Below, piece by piece: positions 12,101 through 22,683 of a stretch of DNA of 64,000 nucleotides (position 1 is the first letter of the stretch; every line of letters starts with the position of its first letter). Made by a program: the position numbers and the translations under genes. The notes below the pieces were generated by a model. It did no database searches. It was not told where the DNA came from and saw only the letters and a program-made list of their open reading frames with translations. Origin of the DNA: Eutreptiella sp. 'Long Island Sound 2002' (taxonomy: Eukaryota; Protista; Euglenida); the NCBI GenBank assembly GCA_964036045.1, contig OZ038378.1, positions 28,086,001 through 28,150,000 of the forward strand. Reading direction: 5' to 3'.

Positions 12101-15100
12101 CCACAATGCTGCTTCCACTGTAGTTTATCCAAAGCTCCTTTCCTGAAAGGGCGCAATATGCACAAACTCAGGCCCTCTACACATCTTGTGATTGTTACTC
12201 CAGAGTGTCAAAAGCCCACAATCGCTGTGCCCCTGTACCACATTAAATACGCAGCAGGGCGGTCGGTTGGAGCCAGATTTCTGTTCCCCCTCCCCTGTTT
12301 GTCAGAAACTGCCTGCTGAGGGCCTCTCGGATGGGCGGTTGACCGAAGGCAGCCGCCGTTCCTCAAAATGGCAGTTGACGGTGCCTGGCCGGTGATTGAC
12401 AGTCGCTGGTGGATTGCTGGTCCTGTGACACGCGGACACAAACGGGCAAAATATCTTTGCCATATGACATGCCGCTTGAGTCCCCATGCCCCGCCGCTGG
12501 CGACCACTTACATCCCATTATCCCCCCCGCCCCCCTCCCAAGCCACGCCCAAAAGCGCCTTGGCTGACAGTGCTTGCACTACCCAGTGAGATGCAGAGCG
12601 TGATGACCATCACTGTTCCTGCCGACACTTTGTCCAAGCTGCACGACCCGTGAAAACGGATTTTCTTGACACTGGAATTCCCTCAGTCAAATTTAAGGGT
12701 CACCATCAGAATGCCACCTGTTGTCCAGGAGCCTTCCCAATGTACTGATTGCGGCTGGTCAATTGGAGTCCAGTTGTTGTTTGCATCGTTTACACCCATT
12801 TTCGAGCCATCTTATTGCAAAGATCAAGCACCATGCCCCGTGACATGTGGCAATTCCTGCCACAAAAAATCGTGACCTGTCGACGGCTGCCGCAAAAAGA
12901 AAGATCTGACGCTCGCTGTGGTTGGGCTACCCTATCGTATGCACACCCGCCCGCACGCATACGGGAGGTTCGCACCAAGGTGGGGCCAGATCCAGGGATC
13001 CGGGTCTTCTGGTAGCCCAGCTGCTAGAACCAGCATGTGGGAGCGGACCCCACTGACCCATTCCGGTGTCCCTAGTAATAGCCCCCCCACCCCACCCCCT
13101 ACACACACAAGGCCCCCTCCGCATATTGTTAAGCGGGAAAGAGGATTTGCGATGCAGTGAGCTAGCAGCTCACTGCATTTACTTCCCAAGCCACGCCTCC
13201 CGGAGTTGAGCTTTCAGGGCGTGCCGCGTTTCATCTCCTGCTTCACACCCCATTCCCACCGTTGGTCCCAACAGGACCACCTCTCAGCTCACACCTGCAG
13301 TCCGTGAGATGAAAACGTGTAAAGAAGGGGGGTAAATGACCCCCCTCTCAACTCTGCAATCACAAACATCCAACTGGACTGTGTCTCAGTCAAATCCTCT
13401 CAACCAAACCCCCCCTGCATCCAAAAGCTGGCCCCACCTCTTTGCGGCTGCCTGGTGTCGGGATCCTTTGAACTCTAAGTCTACTCCAGACAAAGGGTCC
13501 GCCGGCCGAAGCTCTTACCCTCTGAGCTCTCACCACTGTTCCCCAAAGCCTACTACACTCTGGCAATGCCCCTCAAGACTTTTTGCTGGTCAACTGCGAG
13601 ACCCCTGAAGCACCACTTTCATGTGCCTGCTGCTGCCTCAGTGCCCCCGTTCCCACTGTTTCTATGATTGTCATGTGCCTGCCACTCACTGCTTCACCGC
13701 CCTCCACCATTGGGCAAGCACCGGCATGCTTGCTAACCACACATGTGCAGACATGTGGACGCTGTGCTGCATCTGCCCACCAAGTTTGCTTCGGTTGCTT
13801 CAAGTTGCGGCCTGTGCTTTTCAGCGCGGCCACATACTCACATACTGTACATTTGCTGTGAGGACAACCCCTTGAACATCTGGTGGTGCTACCCTGAAAC
13901 TGTGAAGTAAGAGGGTGAGGAGAACTTTTTCTTGGAGGCTTCTGACACCGGCTGTGACCGCTGTATCCTCACCACTGGTGGCCGAGTACGCAACGCTCCC
14001 CACTCCACCCCTTCGGCCGCACTTGGTTACCCCAGTCACGAGACTGACACATGCATGTCCATCACATATTCTTTGCATGATAGTGCTTGTGTGCTTGTGT
14101 GATCCCGATATGGCAGGTGTTATGCAGCTATCTATCTCCTCTGTCTTCCGGCTGCATGATCCCCCCCCGTAAAAAAAAAGAACAATTTTTTCTACCCTAA
14201 AGGAACCCCCCCATGTGACCGAGAATGACAGTACAGACCCCCCCCCCCCCCGGCCGCCCAACCACAAGCAGCAGAAGCAAGTCACACAGAACACACGGCT
14301 CTCGACACATGTCCTGCTACCTTGTCAGTAGAAGGAAGGAATGATGAGAACTTGAAACGGTGAAAGTCCTAGGAAGCATGGGGGAGTCATCAAGATCTGC
14401 AACTTTAGGAGGTCAAAGATGCTTTGCCTACGCAGCAAGAGCAAGAGCAAATGCTCTAGTGGATTGGTGCACCCGAGATCATTGCAACAGAGGTTGTCAT
14501 TAGATCTCCGAGGTGGCCACAAGACCTCAAACTACCTAGACCAATGTTATTCCACCACCTAGGCCTCGCCAACTTTGTCTGTGTACCCTGTATTTTAGCA
14601 GCCTTTTGTCAATGTTAAACGTGTTAGCACCATCCAAATTTGGCCAGGACGCTTATTGCCCATGTCATCTTGCTGCCGCCAAGTTGCATGTTGCTTGCTT
14701 TTTCAGTGATCTCAGATTTTGCATCGACTACATTACATTCACTACCATGCCGAACCTGGCTTTGTGCATGCCTCGTCCATCAAGCCATCTGGCCATCGAC
14801 GTTCCACAGGTATTCCTCATGGGAGCTTGTAAGGCTTACTCAGTTTTCGGAGCTCCAATTGGCCTTGTAAAAGACATCAGCTGCCCCAGTGGCGCCATCT
14901 ATCCCCGGCTAGCTAATGACCCTGCCACCTTTGTTGAGCTGAAGGCCAAGGAGGCCAAGATTAGCTGTATTATCCTTTTCTCCATGCTCGGTTACTGCGT
15001 GCAAGCCATCATGAGGGGTAGGGCAGTGTTGGGTATCCCACATTGTTGACTTAGCAGCCGACAACATCTTTGGCTGAGGTAAGCTTCTTAGGCGGTAAAA

Positions 15101-15753
15101 GTGGGGCACTTGAAACGGTGAGCACTTTTCATTTTCTCAACAGTTTTTTGGGGGGTATTTTGAGCACCCTTTTTGTGAAGTGGCCATGGAATAGGCATGT
15201 TACTGAAGTGAGCTCTGCATGGAATCGTGGGCACGGGCAAAGCAAGAGAAGCAATCCGACAACAACGTGCATGGGTCTAGCACGCACCCTTTGCTGGTAT
15301 GGAGAGGCGGTGAGGTAGCGTGAGTCGTTTGGCAGCGCCCAAGGCCCTCGGACATCCAAAATTGCCGAATGCATCCATTTCTTTGTGAAATTCGTTTTCC
15401 CTAAGAAATGTAGTAGTTGTCCAAGAGTAAGGAAGCCACCAAGGCCCCTCCTTGGGTTCATGCAGCTGATCTCATGTATCCACAAGTTGCAATGTGCCAT
15501 GGGGTCATGCCACAAGCAGCTCCGCGGGTGCACGAGAAGATTGCCATGTGTGTTTGTGTGTGTGTGCGAGGGTTGTAGGGCTTATGAGCCACCACCCTAA
15601 CATCCCAATGCATGCAATCCGCAACCTCATCCTAGACACACACACACACACTCTCTCTCTCTCTCTCTCTCTCTGCTGTAGAGAGGTGATGTATGTTAGC
15701 GAATGCTATGGCGCTTGAAATGATTGGGTGTCACACACTCACACACACACACA

Positions 15754-16236
15754 GGATCCCCGGCTAACTCAACCGGGCCAAGCGTAGGACTCACACCCGA
15801 GAGGTCGTGGGTTCGATTCCCGGAGTGGGCGTGCCTGGAGGCGGGCGGCGGCAGCCGTGCGTCAAGGGCATCCTTTCTGGGAAAGTCGCTGAATGAGTAG
15901 GCATGGATGCCGCCTCGCTGCCGCGAGCACCACCAGCTGTGATTGCCCCATCACACACACCACACACGGGGCAACATGGCCATGACGGGCTCGTTGAACT
16001 ATTACCGTGGAGCCGGCCCGGCGGAAGCCACGGAGCTACCACCCTCACTTCCAGGGTGGTCCTGGGGCAGCGAGCCAGGTTCTGGTCCAGAGTGCATATC
16101 ACACTGGTCGAGGGGTAACACAGGGACGCACCCTGAGCCCGTACAGTGGGCCTGCTTCGATGGGAGTGACCCGACCCGAGGGCGCCAGAGTGGCCACACG
16201 GGCTAATCCGGGAGACCTGGTAAAAATGGCAATACC
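15754..16236 (+). mobile_element. tRNA-derived SINE-like element, copy 1
   Basis: 5' head has an A-box-like TAACTCAACCGG and a B-box GGTTCGATTCC. A ~400-bp body is shared with copy 2, the 3' end is GGAGACCTGGTAAAAATGG, and a CA/CT-rich tail follows. Confidence 0.7.
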
Positions 16237-16285
16237 CCCCACACACACGCGCACACACACACTCTCTCTCAAGCACACACACACA

Positions 16286-16319
<34 letters not shown>

Positions 16320-16390
16320 CACACACACACACACACACACACATACACACACACCTGCACACGTGCGCACGCACCTGCGCACGTGCACAG

Positions 16391-16879
16391 AAGATCCCCG
16401 TTTAAGTCAACCGGGCTAAGTGTACGTCTCTCGCAACCGAAAGGTCATGGGATCGATTCCCAGGTTGGGCATGCTTGGAGGCGGGCGGTGGTAGTTGTGC
16501 GTCAAGGGCATCCTTTCGGGGAGAAATCGCCAAATTGAGTAGGCCCTGGAGGCCGCCTCGCTGCTGCAAGCACCACCTTCTGTGAAAGCCCCTAATCCTA
16601 AGCCACACACAACACACGGGGCAACATGGCAAGGACGGGCTCGTTGACCTAATACTGTGGAGCCGGCCCGGCGGAAGCCACAGAGCCACAAGCCCACTTC
16701 TAGGGTGGCAACGAGCCGGGTTTTGGCCTAATGTGCATATTGCACTGGTTGAGGGGCAACATAGGGACACACCCCTGGCTTGCATCGTGGGCCTCACCAA
16801 TGGGGAGCGACCTGACCCGAGGACCCCAGTGTGGCCATATAGGCTCAAACGGGAGACCTGGTAAAAATGGTGAAACACC
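16391..16879 (+). mobile_element. tRNA-derived SINE-like element, copy 2 (diverged)
   Basis: Colinear with 15754-16236: head TAAGTCAACCGG and GGATCGATTCC, same 3' end. Followed by a long (CA)n tail. Confidence 0.7.
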
Positions 16880-16881
16880 GT

Positions 16882-16882
<1 letters not shown>

Positions 16883-16968
<86 letters not shown>
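16883..16968. repeat. (CA)43 microsatellite, tail of SINE copy 2
   Basis: Read directly from sequence. Confidence 0.95.
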
Positions 16969-16969
<1 letters not shown>

Positions 16970-17984
16970 CGCCATGCAGGCGCACATTTGGCACCTGTCC
17001 TCCTACCGCGAGTCCACGTGGGCCCGGCACACGCACACACAAACCAACACGCAGAGGCCTTATCTTTGCCGCCAGCGGCGTTTGGAGGAGGATGTAGAAA
17101 ATGTGCGGCTGCAGCGAGCACGCAACGGAAATCTGAACACCGGGCTTATGCCCTCCTCCTCCGTGTGCGTTAAGGGGGGTCGGGAACAGCCAGCTTCGCA
17201 GGGGATCTCTATCCCATCTTAGGGGATGGGAAAGTCGCACAGACCCTGTCCACAGTCATCCCCAGGGCGGTGCTGGAGCCAACAGTGACAGTCACATGCA
17301 TTGCAGTCCCCACACCCTAGGCGTCTCCGCAAACATGCACCACGCACATGCTACCTGCATGCGTCACCTCCAAGCGGCTACGCCTATCCACGGCGACTTG
17401 CTGCTCCAAAGGCCATCATGCGCCCGGGTATGTGGATCGCCAACATTGTTCAAAGTGTGTGACTCGCATGGACTACCGCTCTACCCACACTGCACACTAC
17501 TGCAACGCAAAGTACAGCACTGCTGCCAAAGAGGACATCACAAGGTGGTCACCCCTCACAAAGGCCTTGGAAAAAGGACGGCGCCAACCCCCGCGGGTGC
17601 CAACAACGCCCCTAGCTGCATTTTGCTGCCCCCGCACAATCACAGATGCATTCGCGCTCACCGCACATTCCCCCGACGCCGCCCGCCGCCCGCCCCCAAG
17701 TGACAGAGACCGAAATCCCCGATCCCCATCTCCCCTCCAACCCCACAGCGGCAGGGCATGCAGGTGGATGCGGACACAAAAGTGGTGAGGGGCTTGTTCT
17801 CGCAGATCCACGGGCGCGATCGGAAGTCACTTGATCCCACCACACTTTTGAGGTTTTGACCGAATGGAAAGAAGCAAACGCGAGTACAACGACAACCCTG
17901 CTCCAGTGCTGGGCTTAGTATACCGGTTGCCCTACCGCCACTCAGGGGTCTCCCTCGCTAATACTAGAGGGAACGGGCGCACTG

Positions 17985-18370
17985 GCTGTGGGAGTTGGTC
18001 GACTTGCAGCAGCCCCTGCTCGCCGGCGGCACCCTGCTGAAGGGCGATTTCTGGTGGATTTGCGCCTCCTTGGTGCCCCTTGGCGGCTTTCGCAGCATGG
18101 GGCTCATGGAGCAGCCGTCATTTCACACATGCAGTGGTTGCAGCAGCAGTACTTGGAGCTTTGGACAAGCCCATTGTCGATCCTCGGGGCCGGCCGCAAG
18201 GACTACTTCCTGGCGGGGTACCTTCCGCGCCGCCCAGGAGGGGGGCGGTTGGCGCGCTCTTACAAGATCGTACGCGTGCAGCGCCCATTGGTATTGGCCG
18301 GGGCAAGACCGCGCCCGCCTCCAGCAGCACACAGCAGGCCGGCGCCCTACCGCTGGTTCGCCATTCATGT
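17985..18370 (+). mobile_element. Fragment of a LINE ORF2 C-terminal domain
   Basis: LQQPLLAGGTLLKGDFWWICASLVPLGGFRSMG aligns by eye with LQPHVQAGDLLQGKEVWMAKSLLPLGGFRCVG of ORF 35076-36248. Confidence 0.55.
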
Positions 18371-19990
18371 ATAGCCGCAATGTGAACAAATCGGCTGGCG
18401 CGGCGACGAGCGGCGCACTGCTGCGCACGGGGTCACGTGGGACGTCGAGCAGCAGCTGCAAGGGCAGTGGCCTCGTCAAGAGTCCTGCGGATGTAGTTGG
18501 CGCCCCCGGAGCCGCCATCGGAGCCGGCGGCCAAGTGCGCTTGCGTGGCGCTGGCACGCATGGTGGTGGGCTGCCGCCAGCGGCCAGACTGCCGCATGCC
18601 CAGCCCGCCGCTTGGACGCGGACGGGTACAGAGCACCCTGCCCTCGATGGGGTAACCTCCCCCTTCCCCCGGGGTCTAACGGGCACCCCGGTAGGGAGCG
18701 GGGGGATTGCCCGGTACGGGCGCGGATGGGTCGGAGTGGATGGAACTTGGAGGGCACTTGACCCCCCCGCCCCCCTAGTGGCAGTGCCGCCCCCAACGGC
18801 AGAGCTCGCCACCCAATGTGCAATTTTTTTTCACGATATCTCGCGCACTCACTATGTCACGGGCGCCACCACCGCCCGGCTCTTGCCCGCCCCCCTTGAG
18901 CCGCGTAGGTCAGGGGGAGGAAGGTGGGACGGACCATGCGCTGGGGGACGCCCGGGTCTCTGCGCCGTTTTTACCTACTTCCCCTCCTTTGCCGTGCGGC
19001 GGCCTCCGCGCTGATCGCGCGGACCGCCCACGCCCCGCCTTGCTGCAGTAGCAGCAGCTGCTCCACCCACTAACCCACCGCCCCCCTCTGCCGGTCCCCT
19101 GCCGCCCGCTCCGCCGGGGTGGCCGTACGCGGGGCCTTGGGGGGGGGGGGGGCATCGGTGTCCCCTTGCGAGGGGGGGGGATTGGGCTTTCCGCTTCCAG
19201 GCGGAGGGGCGGGGGGGGCCTCCCCCCCCCCTCAATGTCAATGACGTCAACCCCCCCCTTCCGCTGCCTCCCCACATGGACGCGCATGGCAAGCCATGCC
19301 ACGTCCACCCACTCCGGCTTCCGCTGCTCCCACCCCGTAACCACATTCAGCCCAACGACCCTAGCCGTGGTCGGCGTCCCTTCCTCCCCAATCCGCGCCA
19401 CCCCCGTCTGCACCCACCAGTGCCCGCTCACAAGCCGGTAGGCAAACATGCCCACCAGCTCCTGCCCATCGGGCAGATTGGGGCCCCCCGTGATCACAAT
19501 GGGGCAGGGGAACGAGATGCGCAGGTCGGCCTGCACCCCCGGGGCCTCCAAGGCCAGGTCCCACACAGCAAAGAGATGCCGCTGCCGCCCGTCGGGCCCG
19601 GGCGCCACCCTCTGCGTCCAGGCCGGATCCAGCTGTCTGGCGGCGAGGGCGACCCGGGCCAGGGGGGGGTCGAGGTGGGCGGTGCCCAAGTCCTCGCGGG
19701 ACGGCATGGGGACGACCACCTCCCGCACGGCATGCCCCGCACCGGAGCTGGCCTCGCTGCGGCCCCCTGCAGTGCGTCCCGAGCGCACGGAGGCGTCACT
19801 GCGCTCACTGCCGGCCTCGCTCGGGGCCCATCCACGACCGGTACCGCGGGCCGCCTTGCTCTCCTACTCGGGCACTTGCACACGCTGGTGCGGCGTGTGT
19901 CGCCGCCGGGCGTGGTGCCGGACGACCAGGCGCAAAATGGGAACAACACACAGGGAGAAGTGTGCAAGGCACCAATGGAGGACGGGGGAG
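18360..19990 (-). pseudogene. Disrupted ORF of unknown function (ORF-B of the candidate multi-gene element)
   Basis: 292-aa open stretch at 18910-19788 with globular-looking sequence (VREVVVPMPSREDLG...MFAYRLVSGHWWVQTG). It lies directly downstream of the 20033-20158 array on the minus strand. Confidence 0.4.
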
Positions 19991-20032
19991 CAAGGATGGA
20001 ACAATGCAACGATGAAACGAACAAATTGGAAG

Positions 20033-20158
20033 AAATTCACGCAAATTCACGTGAAATTTGTACGAAATTCGTACGAATTTCACATAAGCTTGTGTATTCA
20101 CACCCAGTCATTCACGTAAAATTCGTACCTAATTCGTACGAATTTCACGTGAATTTCG
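20033..20158. repeat. 11-bp-periodic palindrome array (module 1)
   Basis: CACGTG/CGTACG-like hexamers start at 20048, 20059, 20070, 20081 and at 20113, 20124, 20135, 20146, separated by AAATT/AATTT. Confidence 0.9.
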
Positions 20159-20208
20159 TCCAATTTGGCAATGCAGCAGGCAAACACACAAGCAAGCACA
20201 CCTTGCAA

Positions 20209-22088
20209 TCACGTGGACATGTGATTGACCATGCCCCAGCCTTCGTACATTTGGGCGACTGCCACACTGGGGCGGTGTTGAGGAGATGCCACAACGTGGT
20301 CGGCCGAACCGGGGGGGGCAACGCCCGACTTGGCGAAGTGGATCTCCGACTCCGCATCCACGTTGTCCCCCTTGCAGATCTCGATCTCGTGCACGTTCCC
20401 CACAAAGAAGAGGATGATGTGCTCGGTGATCTCCATGACGGCGAGATCGGAGCTCGGGGCGGAGCGGGAGAGGATGGTGGGGTGGAAGGGGTAGGTGGGG
20501 GGGCCTGCCGGGACCGCCTCGGGGGCGTCGGCGAAGAGGGCCTGGGCAGCACCCCCCTCCCACAACCCCACCCTCCCAACCACCCCCTTCCCCACCCACA
20601 ACGCTTGGTCCACGCTGGGCAAGTCCCAACTAGACAAATCCCCAGCAATGGCTAGGGCCTCATGGAGGGGGGAGGCGTCTAGGTGCGTGGTGTTGGGCTG
20701 GTGGTGGCGGTGCTTGGCGTCGGGGGTCCACAAGTTAAAAAGAGCCCCCTGCAGCCCATCCTTGGAGGCGGGGAGGGCAGGCATCCCATGGTGGTGGCTG
20801 CTGGCCACCATCAGCAGCATGTCCCCTCTTTGCAGGTGAATGGTGTCCCATCGCACCTCCCTCGCATCCCCCAGGGCCGTTCCCGCCTGCACCGCCAATT
20901 GGTAGTCCTGTGACAGGCTACTCAGGTGACACCCCGAGATGTCCCTGTTGTCGGGGGGGAGCACCTCGGGGTTGGTGGCGACATCGGTGTGGGGGAGCTA
21001 GGCCCCACTCCCAACACTCGCCACGATGACGCTGCCCGGCGACATTGGGTGGAGGTTCCCAACCTGAGGGACACTTTGCATGAGGGGGGGCTGGAACTTC
21101 TTGAAAAGAGGCCCGCCGACCCCTGCCCCAAGGATCTTTTGCTTTGCCAACGCCGCGGGAGATCCGGATCCCTTGCCTGATCTTCACTCCTCGCGGCGTT
21201 GGACAGCAGCTCAAAAGTTTTTGCGACGACTTTTTCTTCACCGCTGCCCCAAGCCTTCATCACCTTCCCCCACCCCACCTCGCAATCCCGTGCTTCCACA
21301 AGCCCCCGAAGCACAATATAGCCGTTCCCATCAACAAAGTGGAGGGGCGGCTAGGAGGGGCCAACCCTGTCGGCGGGCGGGGTCGGGGTTGCCCACAACC
21401 CCATGAGGGGGTTGGGGAAGGGGTTCGGTGCGGAGGGGGGGTTCACTGGAAATGAAGGGGGGGGCGCATGAGGCAGCACGGCACCATTGCAAAGAGGTTG
21501 TACTGTAGAAGGTGGGGTCGCTGATGTCGGGGATGTGCACCTTTGGTTGGATGGTGGGATGGCAAGGGGCAATACCCAAATCCTCCCACCACCGGGGGCT
21601 GGCAAGGTGCAAGGTGAAGGGGAAAAAGGAATGGTCAAGTGGTGCCCCTGCAGCAAGATCTTGCAGGCACACCATGTCGCAATGGGGGGGGGGTATACAT
21701 AAGGTTAGTGGTGGGGTTTCCCCACCGGGTTAGTACGCATGGAATTGAGCAGTTGGTCAATGGTGGCGCGTTGAGGGGTCAGATGCAAAAATTTAAGGGA
21801 GGGGAGTTGGGAGCGGAGTTCCCTCCACAAATGTGTGGACCAGGCCTTCCCCTCAGGATAAGAGATGTGGGAGGGGCTGCGCAGGTCGATGTGAATTACC
21901 TCGGGGGAGGGGTGGAGGGATGCTGCCCAGCCCACTACATGGTCCACCACCAGTGCCCCCGACTGGTAGGGCGCCTCCTCCATTTGGCGGTGGGCGACGG
22001 GGAGGGCTTGGTACTGCGCCAGGGTGTCGGCAGCAGGATCGGGGCGGGACTGCAAGGAGGTGAGCCGCGGCAACCTTTGCTGGGACAT
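20209..22088 (-). pseudogene. PhyH-like 2OG-Fe(II) dioxygenase with an N-terminal unknown domain (3 stops, 1 frameshift)
   Basis: ATG at 22088 follows a pyrimidine tract and ctcacag. Motifs: DGNGYIVLRGL (~21301-21330), GSGA*LPHTD (HxD at 20983-20991, TAG at 20998-21000), LQRGDMLLMVASSHHHG (distal His ~20790). Confidence 0.65.
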
Positions 22089-22154
22089 GGTCAGAAGAAG
22101 AGGCAAGGAAAGGATTTGAGAGCTGTGAGAAAGCGAAACAGTGGAAATTGTGGC

Positions 22155-22220
22155 GAAATCACGTGAAAATCGTACAAAATCCGTACCAAATTCATACGCA
22201 TTTCGTGCGAATTTCACCGT
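22155..22220. repeat. 11-bp-periodic palindrome array (module 2)
   Basis: Hexamers CACGTG, CGTACA, CGTACC, CATACG, CGTGCG, CACCGT start at 22160, 22171, 22182, 22193, 22204, 22215. Confidence 0.85.
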
Positions 22221-22683
22221 CTCGTGAATCCGTGAACCCAGCGTGAACTTATGTGTGAATTTGGGTGCGTGACTTTCAGATTTGACCGAATCTCACCGAA
22301 TATGTTGAACCATGTGGCTACTTAAACCCTCTAATTTGCACACATTTGTTGGACCACACTTTGGGCGAAGACCACACGAAAAATGCACACGATGGCACCA
22401 AGTTACGCGCAGAAGATAACGAAAAGTTGTGAAATTCACAGTACCGTGAATGTCCCATTCAAACGGCCGGTTCACGAAGGGTACACGGTCCACCTTGTCC
22501 CCCAAAAAATAGCCCCCCCAAAATAGGGGCTTAGCTGGTCGCTTGTCGCAAGCTTTTTGCATAAAATGGGGAGCGGGGCGTGAACCTCTGCTTGCAACTT
22601 CACCCACACCATGCGGAGCTATCCCCTTGCATCTAGGGGCGGCAAATGACCCCCACCTACCGACCGCTGACCCTCACCACCTT

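Noticed and set aside
13600-14030. Short minus-strand exons with GTGAGT donors
   Set aside because: No consistent spliced frame or recognisable protein could be built.
15757-15830. Functional tRNA gene
   Set aside because: Acceptor and anticodon stems pair poorly, and the unit is the head of a duplicated ~485-bp element.
21400-21720. Ulp1/C48 protease in the N-terminal part of the dioxygenase ORF
   Set aside because: Only vague resemblance (ATWCAC, QPLCNG); no convincing H-D-Q-C catalytic set.
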